DNA of 64,000 bases from a virus, in the IMG/VR virus record IMGVR_UViG_3300042560_001826, positions 1 to 64,000 of that record. One strand, 5' to 3'. Under the pieces are notes generated by a model. It was not told the DNA's origin. It ran no database searches and saw only the letters and a list, made by a program, of their open reading frames with translations. Each line of letters opens with the position of its first letter. The stretch's first letter is position 1. Shown here one piece after another: positions 1-9,195 of this stretch. Position numbers and translations under genes: made by a program.

Positions 1-1
1 A

Positions 2-799
2 GTTTCAGCTGCTGCTGCAATTGTTGGTGATAAATTTGCAAAAGAATATAACATTGATTATTTTGAGAATAAAGCAATTCCTCGCTATGCTGTAATTGTT
101 AAGGGTGCAAAGCTTAGTAATCAGTCAAAGCAGGAATTAATTAATTATTTTAGAAAAGAAGTCAAAGGAAGAAATCATGGAACTCTTGTTATTCCTATCC
201 CTGCCTCTATTGGAGCAGATAGTGATATTAGATTTGAGAAGCTTGAAGCCGGTGTTCAGGATGCATCATTTGATAAGTATCGTAAAGCAAACAGGGATGA
301 AATTCTTGTAGCCAATAGAGTACCAGCACCAAAAGTTGGTGTCTATGACAATGCAAACCTTGCAGTGTCTAGAGATTCTGATAAGACATTTAAAATGCAG
401 GTTGTTGGTCCAGATCAATCAGTGATTGAAAAGAGAATTAATCGCGTTCTTGTTGAATTTACAGATTTATTTATTATGAGATTTAAGAAGATTGACTTGA
501 TTGATGAAGATATTCAGTCTAGAATTAATGATAGATATTTGAGGACAGAAGTTATTGCTCCGAATGAAGTTCGGTCATCACTTGGCTTGCCTGAGAGGGC
601 TGATGGTGATGAGGTTCTTCCGTTCCCAACAAAGATTAAAAAAGAGTCTGGTGCGGGAGCCCCAGTTGGTAATTCAAACAATCAGGCTTCCCAGCCAAGA
701 AATGCAAGGTCGGATACGCCAGAAGGCGCATCTGATCCAAGAGTATCTGGCGATCAAGCAGAGCGCGGAGAGAACCAAGATAATTCAGGAGGACAATAA
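2..799 (+). CDS. Portal protein (HK97-like), 5'-truncated by window edge
   Basis: Frame of ORF 365..799 is open back to base 2 (VSAAAAIVGDKFAKEYNIDYFENKAIPRYAVIVKG...). The C-terminal NEVRSSLGLP..DGD motif is typical of portals; it lies upstream of protease and MCP. Confidence 0.9.
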   Translation, partial: VSAAAAIVGDKFAKEYNIDYFENKAIPRYAVIVKGAKLSNQSKQELINYFRKEVKGRNHGTLVIPIPASIGADSDIRFEKLEAGVQDASFDKYRKANRDEILVANRVPAPKVGVYDNANLAVSRDSDKTFKMQVVGPDQSVIEKRINRVLVEFTDLFIMRFKKIDLIDEDIQSRINDRYLRTEVIAPNEVRSSLGLPERADGDEVLPFPTKIKKESGAGAPVGNSNNQASQPRNARSDTPEGASDPRVSGDQAERGENQDNSGGQ

Positions 800-1056
800 T
801 GGGTTACGAAATGGGTATTGTTTATTCTTCTACAGCAGTGACAAGCACTACTGGAGAAGTTAATACAAATCATCACACATCCTGCATTCACTTTTTAAAC
901 ACACATGCTAGCACAAATGCTGTTGTTAAATTAAACGGTGGACCGCATAAAGTGGTTATTCCTGCAGGAAAGAACTATGTTGAAGTTGAAGGAGACTATA
1001 CAAAGTTTGAAGTTGAAACAGCAGGGGTTACCTTGGCAGTATTTGCCATAGGATGA
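799..1056 (+). CDS. Small beta-rich hypothetical head-region protein (85 aa)
   Basis: TAATG coupling to portal stop; GGAGG upstream. Confidence 0.75.
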   Translation: MGYEMGIVYSSTAVTSTTGEVNTNHHTSCIHFLNTHASTNAVVKLNGGPHKVVIPAGKNYVEVEGDYTKFEVETAGVTLAVFAIG

Positions 1057-1057
1057 T

Positions 1058-1086
1058 TTGCTACATAATAAATACATTACTAGTAT
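1058..1086 (+). promoter_or_regulatory. Sigma70/HrdB-type promoter TTGCTA-N17-TAGTAT upstream of protease gene
   Basis: -35 at 1058-1063, -10 at 1081-1086, ATG at 1099 with no SD. Confidence 0.5.
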
Positions 1087-1098
1087 AGACTAAACACT

Positions 1099-2631
1099 AT
1101 GAACGATTTTAACTTAGCTTTTCCTATCACGATGGTGAAGAAAGAACAAAGAATTGTTAGTGGAATTGCAACCGCAGACAATATTGATAAAGTTGGTGAT
1201 GTTGTTGATTTTAATGCCTCAGTAGAGGCATTCAAAAATTGGCAAGGTAATATCAGAGAAATGCATGCACCAATTGCTGTCGGTAAAGCAATTTCTTATA
1301 AGCCAATTAAGTTAAAAGCACCAGATGGTCAAGAATATAACGCCATGGAAGTTGAGGCGTATATTTCTAAAGGTGCAGAAAATACATGGCAAAAAGTTTT
1401 GGATGGAACACTTCGTGCTTTTTCCATTGGCGGAAAAATTCTGAAAAAGGAATTGATGCAGGGTAAGATGTTTAATGGTCGCCAAGTTTCTTTGATTAAA
1501 GAATATGAACTTGGTGAATTGAGCTTAGTGGATAATCCTGCAAATCCAGTAGCTGTTATTGATATTATTAAATTTGATCCATCAACTAATAATCTTGATT
1601 ACATGTTGAAGTGCTGCGATGGAGAAAATATTTGTGCATGCGATAATGTTGAAAAAAAGCAACCTATCAAAGATCCTAAAGGCGGTCTGACAGCCGCCGG
1701 TAGAAGATATTTTAGACAAAAAGAAGGCGCTAACTTAAAACCGGGAGTTAAGGGTGCAGCAAATACTCCTGAGAAGATGAGAAGAAAAGGCTCCTTCCTT
1801 ACAAGATTCTTTACAAATCCTTCTGGTCCAATGAAAAAGCCAAACGGCGAACCGACAAGACTTGCTCTTTCGGCAGCAGCCTGGGGCGAGCCTGTACCTC
1901 AGAATATGCAGGATGCCGCTAGATTGGCAGCAAAGGGTCGAAGGTTATTGGAAAGATATGCAAAAACAAAAGAAAAGAAGAAGTTTATATCATTTGAAAA
2001 TGATGAGGCTCTTCAAAAGTATATTGACAGTTTAGTAGATGAAGATTTTGGCAAAGAAACCGAAAACTCATTGCTAAATGATGTACAATATGATATGGTG
2101 GTTGAACCTATGGATAATTTAAATGTTGATAATGATAATAAGATGTCGTTAATCAAAAAGTTTGTCACTTGGCTAAGTTCGGAGTCAAGTGATAGTGAGC
2201 TTGAAAAGTTCACAAGCGCTGAAGTCTCACAATCAGAGGCCGCAGTTGAAACTGAACAAATGGAGGAACAAGAAATGGATATTGACGTTCTTAAGGATGC
2301 TCTTGGTTCCGTCATTGATCAGAAGCTAAACGACTTTGCCACTTCGCTTAAGGCTGAAGTTGAAGCAAATGTCGCTGCCAAGATTGATGAGGTTTCCAAG
2401 AATTTTGAAGAGCAAAAGTCTGAGCTTAATCAGAAGTTAGAAACGACTGAAAAGGCTTTAGAAGAGCAGACAGCCAAAGTTGAGCAACTCGCCAGCGCAG
2501 GCGCTGTTAAAAAGAGTGTTGATCCAGCAGACGATGAGGAGGAAGTAATTGAAAAGACTGCCCCCAAGTCGCTTTGGAACAACCTTTATCTCCCACAGGC
2601 TCTTATTGAGTCTTTGGGTTACAAGTCGTAA
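1099..2631 (+). CDS. Prohead (maturation) protease with inserted basic domain and C-terminal scaffold region
   Basis: N-terminal HK97-type protease motifs (REMH, FSIGG, ELSLVDNPAN); coiled-coil C-terminus; position between portal and MCP. Confidence 0.85.
   Translation: MNDFNLAFPITMVKKEQRIVSGIATADNIDKVGDVVDFNASVEAFKNWQGNIREMHAPIAVGKAISYKPIKLKAPDGQEYNAMEVEAYISKGAENTWQKVLDGTLRAFSIGGKILKKELMQGKMFNGRQVSLIKEYELGELSLVDNPANPVAVIDIIKFDPSTNNLDYMLKCCDGENICACDNVEKKQPIKDPKGGLTAAGRRYFRQKEGANLKPGVKGAANTPEKMRRKGSFLTRFFTNPSGPMKKPNGEPTRLALSAAAWGEPVPQNMQDAARLAAKGRRLLERYAKTKEKKKFISFENDEALQKYIDSLVDEDFGKETENSLLNDVQYDMVVEPMDNLNVDNDNKMSLIKKFVTWLSSESSDSELEKFTSAEVSQSEAAVETEQMEEQEMDIDVLKDALGSVIDQKLNDFATSLKAEVEANVAAKIDEVSKNFEEQKSELNQKLETTEKALEEQTAKVEQLASAGAVKKSVDPADDEEEVIEKTAPKSLWNNLYLPQALIESLGYKS
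2071..2099 (+). promoter_or_regulatory. Intragenic promoter TTGCTA-N17-TATGGT (TGn extended -10) ahead of nested scaffold/MCP
   Basis: Same -35 hexamer as the 1058 promoter with 17-nt spacer; GGAGG at 2262-2266 precedes in-frame ATG 2275. Confidence 0.45.
2275..2631 (+). CDS. Putative nested scaffolding protein (internal in-frame start of protease gene)
   Basis: GGAGG 8 nt before in-frame ATG; MDIDVLKDALGSVIDQKLNDF... coiled coil. Confidence 0.5.
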   Translation: MDIDVLKDALGSVIDQKLNDFATSLKAEVEANVAAKIDEVSKNFEEQKSELNQKLETTEKALEEQTAKVEQLASAGAVKKSVDPADDEEEVIEKTAPKSLWNNLYLPQALIESLGYKS

Positions 2632-2650
2632 TTAAGGAGGAACAACAATT

Positions 2651-3682
2651 ATGGCAACACAAGAAGAGATTCTTGCAAAGGCTGACGAAGTTACTACGAG
2701 CGTCGTTGGCAATGCAAGCGGTGGTCTGCTCAAGCCTGAGCAGTCAAATCGTTTTATTGATTTCGTGGTAGATCAGTCCAACCTGATGCGTAACTCGCGT
2801 GTCGTTCGCATGCGCACACCGCAGATGGAGATTGACAAGCTGTCCATTGGTACTCGCTTGCTTGCAAAAGCAACTGAGGCAACAGACACTGGCTCAAATG
2901 CCCCTGTTACTTTCACGAAGGTTTCGCTTTCTAGCGTTAAGCTTCGTCTTGACTGGGAGTTGAGCACTGAGTCGCTTGAGGATAACATTGAAGGTGCTTC
3001 GCTGGAAGATCACATCGCACAGGTGATGGCTCGCCAGACAGCAAATGACATGGATGACCTCTTGATCAATGGTAATACATCTTCTAACAACGGTCTGCTG
3101 AAGGCTCTTGACGGTTTCGTTAAGTTGGCTCTTGGCGGCGGTGTGACAGTTGATGAAGGCGGAAATAACGTGTCTCGTGCAACATACGATCGCGTTCTCC
3201 GTAACATGCCAACTAAGTACCTGCAGAAGCGTAATGAATTGCGTTTCTTCACTGGTCCTGGTTTGGTTCAGGATACATCATTCAGCCTGCAGAACCCCAA
3301 CTCGGCAACTGCAGCAACTGCTGGTGCACCTGCTCCTGGTTCGACATTTGGCGAACAGGCATTCATGAACGGTGCTATCCGTGCAAACGGTGGCCCTGGT
3401 GCAACTGGTCTTGCTCCTTATGGTATTCCGCTGGTGGAAATCCCGCTGATGCCAGAGACAGTGACTGGTGACTACTCGGGTGCTGCTGGTAGCCATGGCT
3501 ATGTTGAATTGACATTCCCCAACAACAGAATTGTTGGTATCCACAGAGATATTACTGTGTATCGTCAGTTCCAGCCAAAGACAGACACGATTGAGTACAC
3601 ACAATTTGTCCGACTTGCAAGCAACATTGAGAACGGTGCTTCTTATGTCATTGCAAAGAACGTCAAGTTGCGTTCGCTCTAA
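2651..3682 (+). CDS. Major capsid protein (HK97 fold)
   Basis: 343 aa, GGLLKPEQ motif, strong AAGGAGG SD, GC-richer high-expression codon usage, position after protease. Confidence 0.92.
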   Translation: MATQEEILAKADEVTTSVVGNASGGLLKPEQSNRFIDFVVDQSNLMRNSRVVRMRTPQMEIDKLSIGTRLLAKATEATDTGSNAPVTFTKVSLSSVKLRLDWELSTESLEDNIEGASLEDHIAQVMARQTANDMDDLLINGNTSSNNGLLKALDGFVKLALGGGVTVDEGGNNVSRATYDRVLRNMPTKYLQKRNELRFFTGPGLVQDTSFSLQNPNSATAATAGAPAPGSTFGEQAFMNGAIRANGGPGATGLAPYGIPLVEIPLMPETVTGDYSGAAGSHGYVELTFPNNRIVGIHRDITVYRQFQPKTDTIEYTQFVRLASNIENGASYVIAKNVKLRSL

Positions 3683-3707
3683 TTAATAGTCTGTAATTAG
3701 TTGTTGC

Positions 3708-3733
3708 GGCGGGGTGGATTATTCCGCCCCGCC
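3708..3733 (+). terminator. GC-rich hairpin after MCP (terminator or 3' stabiliser)
   Basis: GGCGGGGTGGA-ttat-TCCGCCCCGCC; no U tract. Confidence 0.6.
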
Positions 3734-3749
3734 AAAACAATATAAAGGG

Positions 3750-4037
3750 ATGATTATGAGTGATAATGTAATTAAAAGTGAAGATATAGCTCCAAAGAAA
3801 ACAAAGCAGGCTAAACCTAAAAAGGTAGCTCCTGCTGAAGTGCCATCTGGTGATAAGTCAATTGTCTTTTTTGAAAGCGGATATTCTTATTCATTATCAA
3901 ACGGTTTTACTTTTACGCAAGAAAATAGAATGCTTGAACTATCGGCGGAAGAGGCAAATAGATTGTTGGCTTTAGATAATTTTAGATTGCCTACTGACGA
4001 AGAAAAGCAAATGTATTATAATAGTTTGGAGGCATAA
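3750..4037 (+). CDS. Small post-MCP head-associated protein (start 3750 or 3756)
   Basis: Lys/Pro-rich N-terminus plus ~53-aa domain ending FRLPTDEEKQMYY; the ORF-track GTG start lies inside the hairpin. Confidence 0.75.
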   Translation: MIMSDNVIKSEDIAPKKTKQAKPKKVAPAEVPSGDKSIVFFESGYSYSLSNGFTFTQENRMLELSAEEANRLLALDNFRLPTDEEKQMYYNSLEA

Positions 4038-4040
4038 TTA

Positions 4041-4424
4041 ATGGCTGGCAATCTTTCTAATTACCTTGAGAATAAGCTGATTGATCACTTCTTGGGGACA
4101 ACAACATTTACAAAGCCTTCGGCTGTCTATGTTGCTCTATTTACAGTAGCACCAAATGATGCTGGCGGTGGTACAGAAGTTACCGGCGGCTCCTATGCTC
4201 GCCAAACTGCCGCATTTACTGCCGCAGCAAGCGGTGCAACCTCTAACAGTGGAAATATTGATTTTGTAAATATGCCAGCTGCAACGACAGTTGCAATAGG
4301 CATTTATGACGCTTTGACAAGTGGTAATTTACTTCTTTGGGGAACACTTACAGCGAATAAAACAACAGATGCTGGAGACACACTAAGAATCGCAACTGGC
4401 GATCTTGATATCAGCATTGATTAA
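4041..4424 (+). CDS. Virion structural protein, fibre/filament subunit-like (MAGNLSNYLENKL...)
   Basis: YVALFT..P...GGTEV.GGSYAR motif common in phage fibre/head-associated proteins. Confidence 0.65.
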   Translation: MAGNLSNYLENKLIDHFLGTTTFTKPSAVYVALFTVAPNDAGGGTEVTGGSYARQTAAFTAAASGATSNSGNIDFVNMPAATTVAIGIYDALTSGNLLLWGTLTANKTTDAGDTLRIATGDLDISID

Positions 4425-4433
4425 GGAGAGCCC

Positions 4434-4775
4434 ATGTTGAGAAGAGAATTTAGTGGTGGTGTGTTAAGAACAACCCTTGATGCAAATATTAGCAACTCAG
4501 ATACTTCAATCACGGTTGTTGATGCATCTACTTTTCCTTCCGGAACAAATCCTTTTGTAATTGTAATTGATAGAGGAACTTTGTCAGAAGAGAAAATTCT
4601 TATCTCTTCAAAGACATCTAATACATTTACTGTTGCTTCTCGTGGATATGATGGTTCTTCTGCGTCAATACATACCACTGGTGCTTTTGTTGATCATGTT
4701 CTTGATGCAACAGTTATTCAAGACATGAATCAAACAACATATGATAATGAAGTTTTAGTTTGGATGGGGGTCTAA
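4434..4775 (+). CDS. Structural adaptor protein with C-terminal hydrophobic peptide
   Basis: TL...I...EE.I...RG..G..A..H beta domain, also found twice in tail protein 35053..38985; ends DNEVLVWMGV. Confidence 0.7.
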   Translation: MLRREFSGGVLRTTLDANISNSDTSITVVDASTFPSGTNPFVIVIDRGTLSEEKILISSKTSNTFTVASRGYDGSSASIHTTGAFVDHVLDATVIQDMNQTTYDNEVLVWMGV

Positions 4776-5114
4776 ATGGCTAATTTAACACCTAAGAGTT
4801 TTTATATTGGATCTAATGTTGGAGCTGGCTCCAATGTTTATACTGTTTCAAATACAGTTGGCAACTATTCAATAATTAAAAACATTAATTTATGCAATAC
4901 AACAGCTTCAAATGCTGTATGTAGCATTCATCTTCTTGTTAATGGAGCATCAGTTGCTGATGCAAATAAAATTGTTAGCAATGTGAATGTTTTGGCAAAT
5001 AATGTTGTTTTCTATAATACATCCATAGTCATGCCTGCTAATAGTCGTATTCATGTTACTCAAGTAACAGCGAATGCTATAACATTTACAATTAGCGGTG
5101 TTGAATATGCCTGA
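4776..5114 (+). CDS. ~115-aa beta-sandwich 'hub' protein, paralog 1
   Basis: Shares pattern with 7117, 11966 and 13761. Confidence 0.7.
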   Translation: MANLTPKSFYIGSNVGAGSNVYTVSNTVGNYSIIKNINLCNTTASNAVCSIHLLVNGASVADANKIVSNVNVLANNVVFYNTSIVMPANSRIHVTQVTANAITFTISGVEYA

Positions 5115-7080
5115 TCTTAATAGATCACTACTTGTTGAATCAGAAAATGCCGATACGCTCGGCGGATTGACTGATGTTACAATTACTGCCGCTGAAGAGT
5201 TTCAGGGTTTAAGTTATAACGGAACACAATGGGTTAATAGTCATATCCCAGTTGTTTCGTATGTTAGAAATGCTGAAGCAAATACATTAACAGCGGGGAC
5301 TGTTGTTTATCTTTTTGGCGGAACCGGTGATCACGCTACTGTTAAAAGAGCAGATAATTCAAGCGATACAACATCTTCAAAGACATTAGGTATTGTTGCT
5401 AATCCTATCTCAGCTTCACAAAATGGTCCAGTCGTAACTCGTGGCTATGTTGATGGAATGGATTTAAGCGTAGGTTATTCAGTTGGAGATATTCTGTGGT
5501 TAGGCAAGAACGGTGCGTTTACAAAGACAAAACCAACCGCCCCAGACCATCTTGTTTTTATTGGTGTGGTCGTCCGTGCAACCAACAACGGAATCATTTA
5601 CGTTGCAACACAAAATGGTTATGAACTTGAAGAATTGCACGATGTTAAGCTTTCAAATGTTGCATCTGGAGATTTTTTAAAGTATAACGGAACGCTGTGG
5701 ATTAATGGACCAATTACTCTTGGTACAGACACAACTGGGAATTATATGTCCAATGTGTCTGCTGGAAACTTAATATCTATTTCTCATACGCCGGGTGAAG
5801 GATCCACTGCAACTATTAATGTTGCTAATGGAACTGCAGGTCAAATAATTGTTGCAAATGCATCTGGTGCTCCAGTGTGGGTTACTGAATCTGGCGATAT
5901 AACAATTGATTCATCAGGCGTTGCATCAATCACTTCAAATGTTATCGTTAATGCCGATATAAGCACTACGGCTGCTATTTCTCTTTCTAAGCTTGCAAGT
6001 GGAACATCTGGTCAAGTTCCTGTTGCAAATGCAACCGGTGTTCCTACATATGTAACACTTTCTGGCGATATAACCATTGCTGCCAATGGTCAAACAACAA
6101 TTGCTGCTAACTCTGTTGCACTTGGTACTGACACTACAGGAAACTATATTGCTACAATTACTGGTACTGCAAATGAAATAACAGTAACTGGTTCTGGATC
6201 AGAAAGCGCTACTGTTACATTAAGTCTTCCAGCTAATGTTACTATTGCAAACAATCTTACAGTTACTGGAGATTTAACTGTTAATGGAAATACAACAACT
6301 CTTAATACCGCAAATCTTAATGTTGAAGATAACTTTGTTCTTCTTAACTCTGGAGTCACTGGATCTCCCACACTAAATGCGGGAATTGAAATTGAAAGAG
6401 GAACATCTACAAATGTTGCTATTCGCTGGAATGAGACAACAGATAAGTGGGAATTTACTGTTGATGGTACAAATTATACAGAGCTGGGTGCTGGTGGCGC
6501 AACTGTTTCTTCAACAGCGCCTTCTACACCAACAACCGGGTCTCTATGGTTTGACTCAGATGATGGTAAAACATATGTCTATTATGATTCTTCTTGGGTT
6601 GAAATTGGTGGCAATCCTCTTGGTGTTACAATCAGCGACTCTGCGCCATCTAGCCCGATAGCGGGTCAAGTTTGGTTTAATTCTAATAATGCTGGCACAT
6701 ATGTATATTATGACAGTCACTGGATTGAAATCGGCTCCAGCGGCTTGGTATCGGCTGTAAGCGCTACTGCGCCAGCAAGTCCTGTCACTGGTCAAATCTG
6801 GTTTAATTCAGAAGATGCCGGAACATATATTTATTACGATTCGGCTTGGATTGAAATTGGAGCAGCTCCATTCAATACAGTTCTTAATCAAATTGATGCC
6901 AAGGGCGATATTCTAGTCGGTACAGCAGATAATACGCTTTCTAAGATTGCACTTGGTACAAATGGCTATGTTCTTGCAGCAAACTCTGCAACAGCAACTG
7001 GTCTGGAATGGACACAGGTTTCAAGTAATCCCTTAACATCAAATGCTGCCGCCATATTTATTATGGACATCGGGGTATAA
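5107..7080 (+). CDS. Long fibre protein with three Trp-containing repeats near C-terminus
   Basis: Fibre-type repeats (LxDV, LGTDTTGNY, GDLTVNG); 3x S.TAP..P..G..WF.S....TYVYYDS.W.EIG; ATG 5107 overlaps upstream stop. Confidence 0.8.
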   Translation: MPDLNRSLLVESENADTLGGLTDVTITAAEEFQGLSYNGTQWVNSHIPVVSYVRNAEANTLTAGTVVYLFGGTGDHATVKRADNSSDTTSSKTLGIVANPISASQNGPVVTRGYVDGMDLSVGYSVGDILWLGKNGAFTKTKPTAPDHLVFIGVVVRATNNGIIYVATQNGYELEELHDVKLSNVASGDFLKYNGTLWINGPITLGTDTTGNYMSNVSAGNLISISHTPGEGSTATINVANGTAGQIIVANASGAPVWVTESGDITIDSSGVASITSNVIVNADISTTAAISLSKLASGTSGQVPVANATGVPTYVTLSGDITIAANGQTTIAANSVALGTDTTGNYIATITGTANEITVTGSGSESATVTLSLPANVTIANNLTVTGDLTVNGNTTTLNTANLNVEDNFVLLNSGVTGSPTLNAGIEIERGTSTNVAIRWNETTDKWEFTVDGTNYTELGAGGATVSSTAPSTPTTGSLWFDSDDGKTYVYYDSSWVEIGGNPLGVTISDSAPSSPIAGQVWFNSNNAGTYVYYDSHWIEIGSSGLVSAVSATAPASPVTGQIWFNSEDAGTYIYYDSAWIEIGAAPFNTVLNQIDAKGDILVGTADNTLSKIALGTNGYVLAANSATATGLEWTQVSSNPLTSNAAAIFIMDIGV

Positions 7081-7084
7081 AATA

Positions 7085-7093
7085 GGGTATAAT
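7085..7093 (+). promoter_or_regulatory. -10 element GGGTATAAT upstream of hub/Gly-rich cassette
   Basis: TATAAT at 7088-7093, followed by AAGGAG SD. Confidence 0.5.
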
Positions 7094-7116
7094 ATAAGTT
7101 ATTAAGGAGATAAAAA

Positions 7117-7452
7117 ATGGCAGTAGGAGATAGAACAGAAGCTAGGCTTGGCGGTCCAACACAGCTTAATACAAACACAACAACGGTTTGCACAGTTTCA
7201 GCAAGCCGGGTTGAGGTTTTAAAGCAGATCGTTATTACCAATACAGATACCGTTGATAGAACGGTTTCTTTGGCTATTGGAAATGCAGCGGTTGCTGCAA
7301 ATAGATTAATGTCTCAATTACCAATTGGTGCAAACGACATTATGGTTTTTGATACAGCACTTGTCCTCACAGCAGGTGAAACATTACAAGGTTTAGCCGA
7401 TGCAAATAGTGTTGTCAATGTAACAGTCATCGGTTGGGAAAAAGAAGTCTAA
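7117..7452 (+). CDS. Beta-sandwich 'hub' protein, paralog 2
   Basis: AAGGAG SD; paralogous to 4776, 11966 and 13761. Confidence 0.75.
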   Translation: MAVGDRTEARLGGPTQLNTNTTTVCTVSASRVEVLKQIVITNTDTVDRTVSLAIGNAAVAANRLMSQLPIGANDIMVFDTALVLTAGETLQGLADANSVVNVTVIGWEKEV

Positions 7453-7458
7453 TTTTAT

Positions 7459-9195
7459 ATGGGTCTTTCTAAGGCTTACGGAGAGAAGTCCTTAACTGGA
7501 TATTCATACGGTGCTGGAACTGGTGGAGACACAACTTCCACTGGTGTCACCATTGGCGGAACGCTTTACAATATCCATACATTTACCAACACAGGTACTT
7601 TCACCGTTACTCGCCCAGGAAAGTTTGATGTGTTTGTCGTCGGTGGAGGAGGCGGCGGTGGTCGCCGCAGTAGCACCAATGTAGGCAGCGGTGGCGGAGG
7701 TGGCGGTGTTGTTATCCAACAAACGATTTACCTTGATACAAATGCAACGGTTACAGTCGGTGCGGGTGGAGGTGTGCAAACAAATACCAATACTGATGGC
7801 AATCGTGGTTCTTTTAGTCGTGTAAATCAAGTTACTGCTGGTGGTGGTGGCGGTGGTGCTGGCGGCGGTAGAGGGGCAGCAAATACCGCTATGGATGCGG
7901 CTGGTAGTGGTGGCGGTTCGTTCGGTTCTACCGCTACGGCTGGTGAAACACCAGGGCAAACGTTAATCACTATCGGCGCAAATAATGGCGGTAATGGCGG
8001 CTACACCACAAACCTTGCAGGCGGTGGAGGTGGAGGTTCGGCACAAGTTGGACAAGGTAATAGTGGTAATGCAGCAGGTAATGGTGGCGCAGGAACAGAT
8101 GTTTCAACTTTTATTGGAGGCTCATCTTTATTTGTAGGCGCTGGTGGCGGTGGTGGGTCAGTATCTGGCACTGGCGGTACAGCAGGTAGTTCAACAGGTG
8201 GCAATGGCGGTTCATCTGGCGCACAAGGTTTAAATGCAACGGCGACAAATTATGGTTGTGGCGGTGGAGGTGGTGCCACAACACAAGGTGGTTCTGGATC
8301 AAATGGAGTTGTCTACATCCGTTACGCAACCAATCAAGGCTTTACAACCAATACGGGAAATACAAAGAATGGTTATGGGACCGCAACTGGCGGCTCGTCA
8401 TCATCAATAACGGCTGATGGTGTAGGTTATACACTTTTAACTTTTACCTCTGCTGGCACATTGACAGTTACACAGGCTGGTTTGTTTGATTTATTAGTTG
8501 TTGGCGGTGGCGGTGGTGCCGGTAGTTCAGAAGTTGGCTCCAGTGGTGCTGGCGGTGGTGGTGCTGTTATTCAACAAACTGTTTATTTAAGTAGCAATCA
8601 ATCAATTACTGTTGGAGCTGGTGCTGCTGCTGGAGTATCTGCTAGAGGTGGTCCCAATGGTGGTGCATCTATTGTTGGTTCAACTGTTGGCGCTGTTGGT
8701 GGCGGTGGTGGAGGGGGTAGTTTTTCTGGACCATTTGTTGGTGGTTCTGGAGGTGGTGGTGCAGGTCAAGTAGGTGGTGGATATGGCAATGGTCAAACAG
8801 GTGCAGCTAGTGCATATGATCCAAGCACATCTTTTGGCAATTCTGGTGGCACATCATCTGGAGCCGCAGGGGATGCAGGCGGTGGCGGAGGTGCAGGTGG
8901 CGCAGGTGCAGCTAGTAATACTGGAGGAACAAACGGTGGTAAAGGCGGAGACGGAAAAGATGTTTCCTCCTTTCTTGGTCAATCTGCAGGGACTACTTAT
9001 CTTGGTGCTGGCGGTGGTGGTGGCGCAGATGCTGGTACTGCTGGAGCAGCGGGTTTAGGTGGAGTTGCTGGTAAAACAAGTGGAACTGGCAACAGCGGTG
9101 CAAACAATTCTGGTGCTGGTGGTGGAGGAACTGTCAATAATGCTACTGCTGGCGCTGGCGGTTCAGGCGTTGTCTATGTGAGGTTTAGAACATGA
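7459..9195 (+). CDS. Glycine-rich adhesin-like protein with two tandem Gly-rich domains
   Basis: Two units of F...GT.TVT..G.FD..VVGGGGGGG...VTVGAGG...GSG.VY.R. Confidence 0.85.
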   Translation: MGLSKAYGEKSLTGYSYGAGTGGDTTSTGVTIGGTLYNIHTFTNTGTFTVTRPGKFDVFVVGGGGGGGRRSSTNVGSGGGGGGVVIQQTIYLDTNATVTVGAGGGVQTNTNTDGNRGSFSRVNQVTAGGGGGGAGGGRGAANTAMDAAGSGGGSFGSTATAGETPGQTLITIGANNGGNGGYTTNLAGGGGGGSAQVGQGNSGNAAGNGGAGTDVSTFIGGSSLFVGAGGGGGSVSGTGGTAGSSTGGNGGSSGAQGLNATATNYGCGGGGGATTQGGSGSNGVVYIRYATNQGFTTNTGNTKNGYGTATGGSSSSITADGVGYTLLTFTSAGTLTVTQAGLFDLLVVGGGGGAGSSEVGSSGAGGGGAVIQQTVYLSSNQSITVGAGAAAGVSARGGPNGGASIVGSTVGAVGGGGGGGSFSGPFVGGSGGGGAGQVGGGYGNGQTGAASAYDPSTSFGNSGGTSSGAAGDAGGGGGAGGAGAASNTGGTNGGKGGDGKDVSSFLGQSAGTTYLGAGGGGGADAGTAGAAGLGGVAGKTSGTGNSGANNSGAGGGGTVNNATAGAGGSGVVYVRFRT

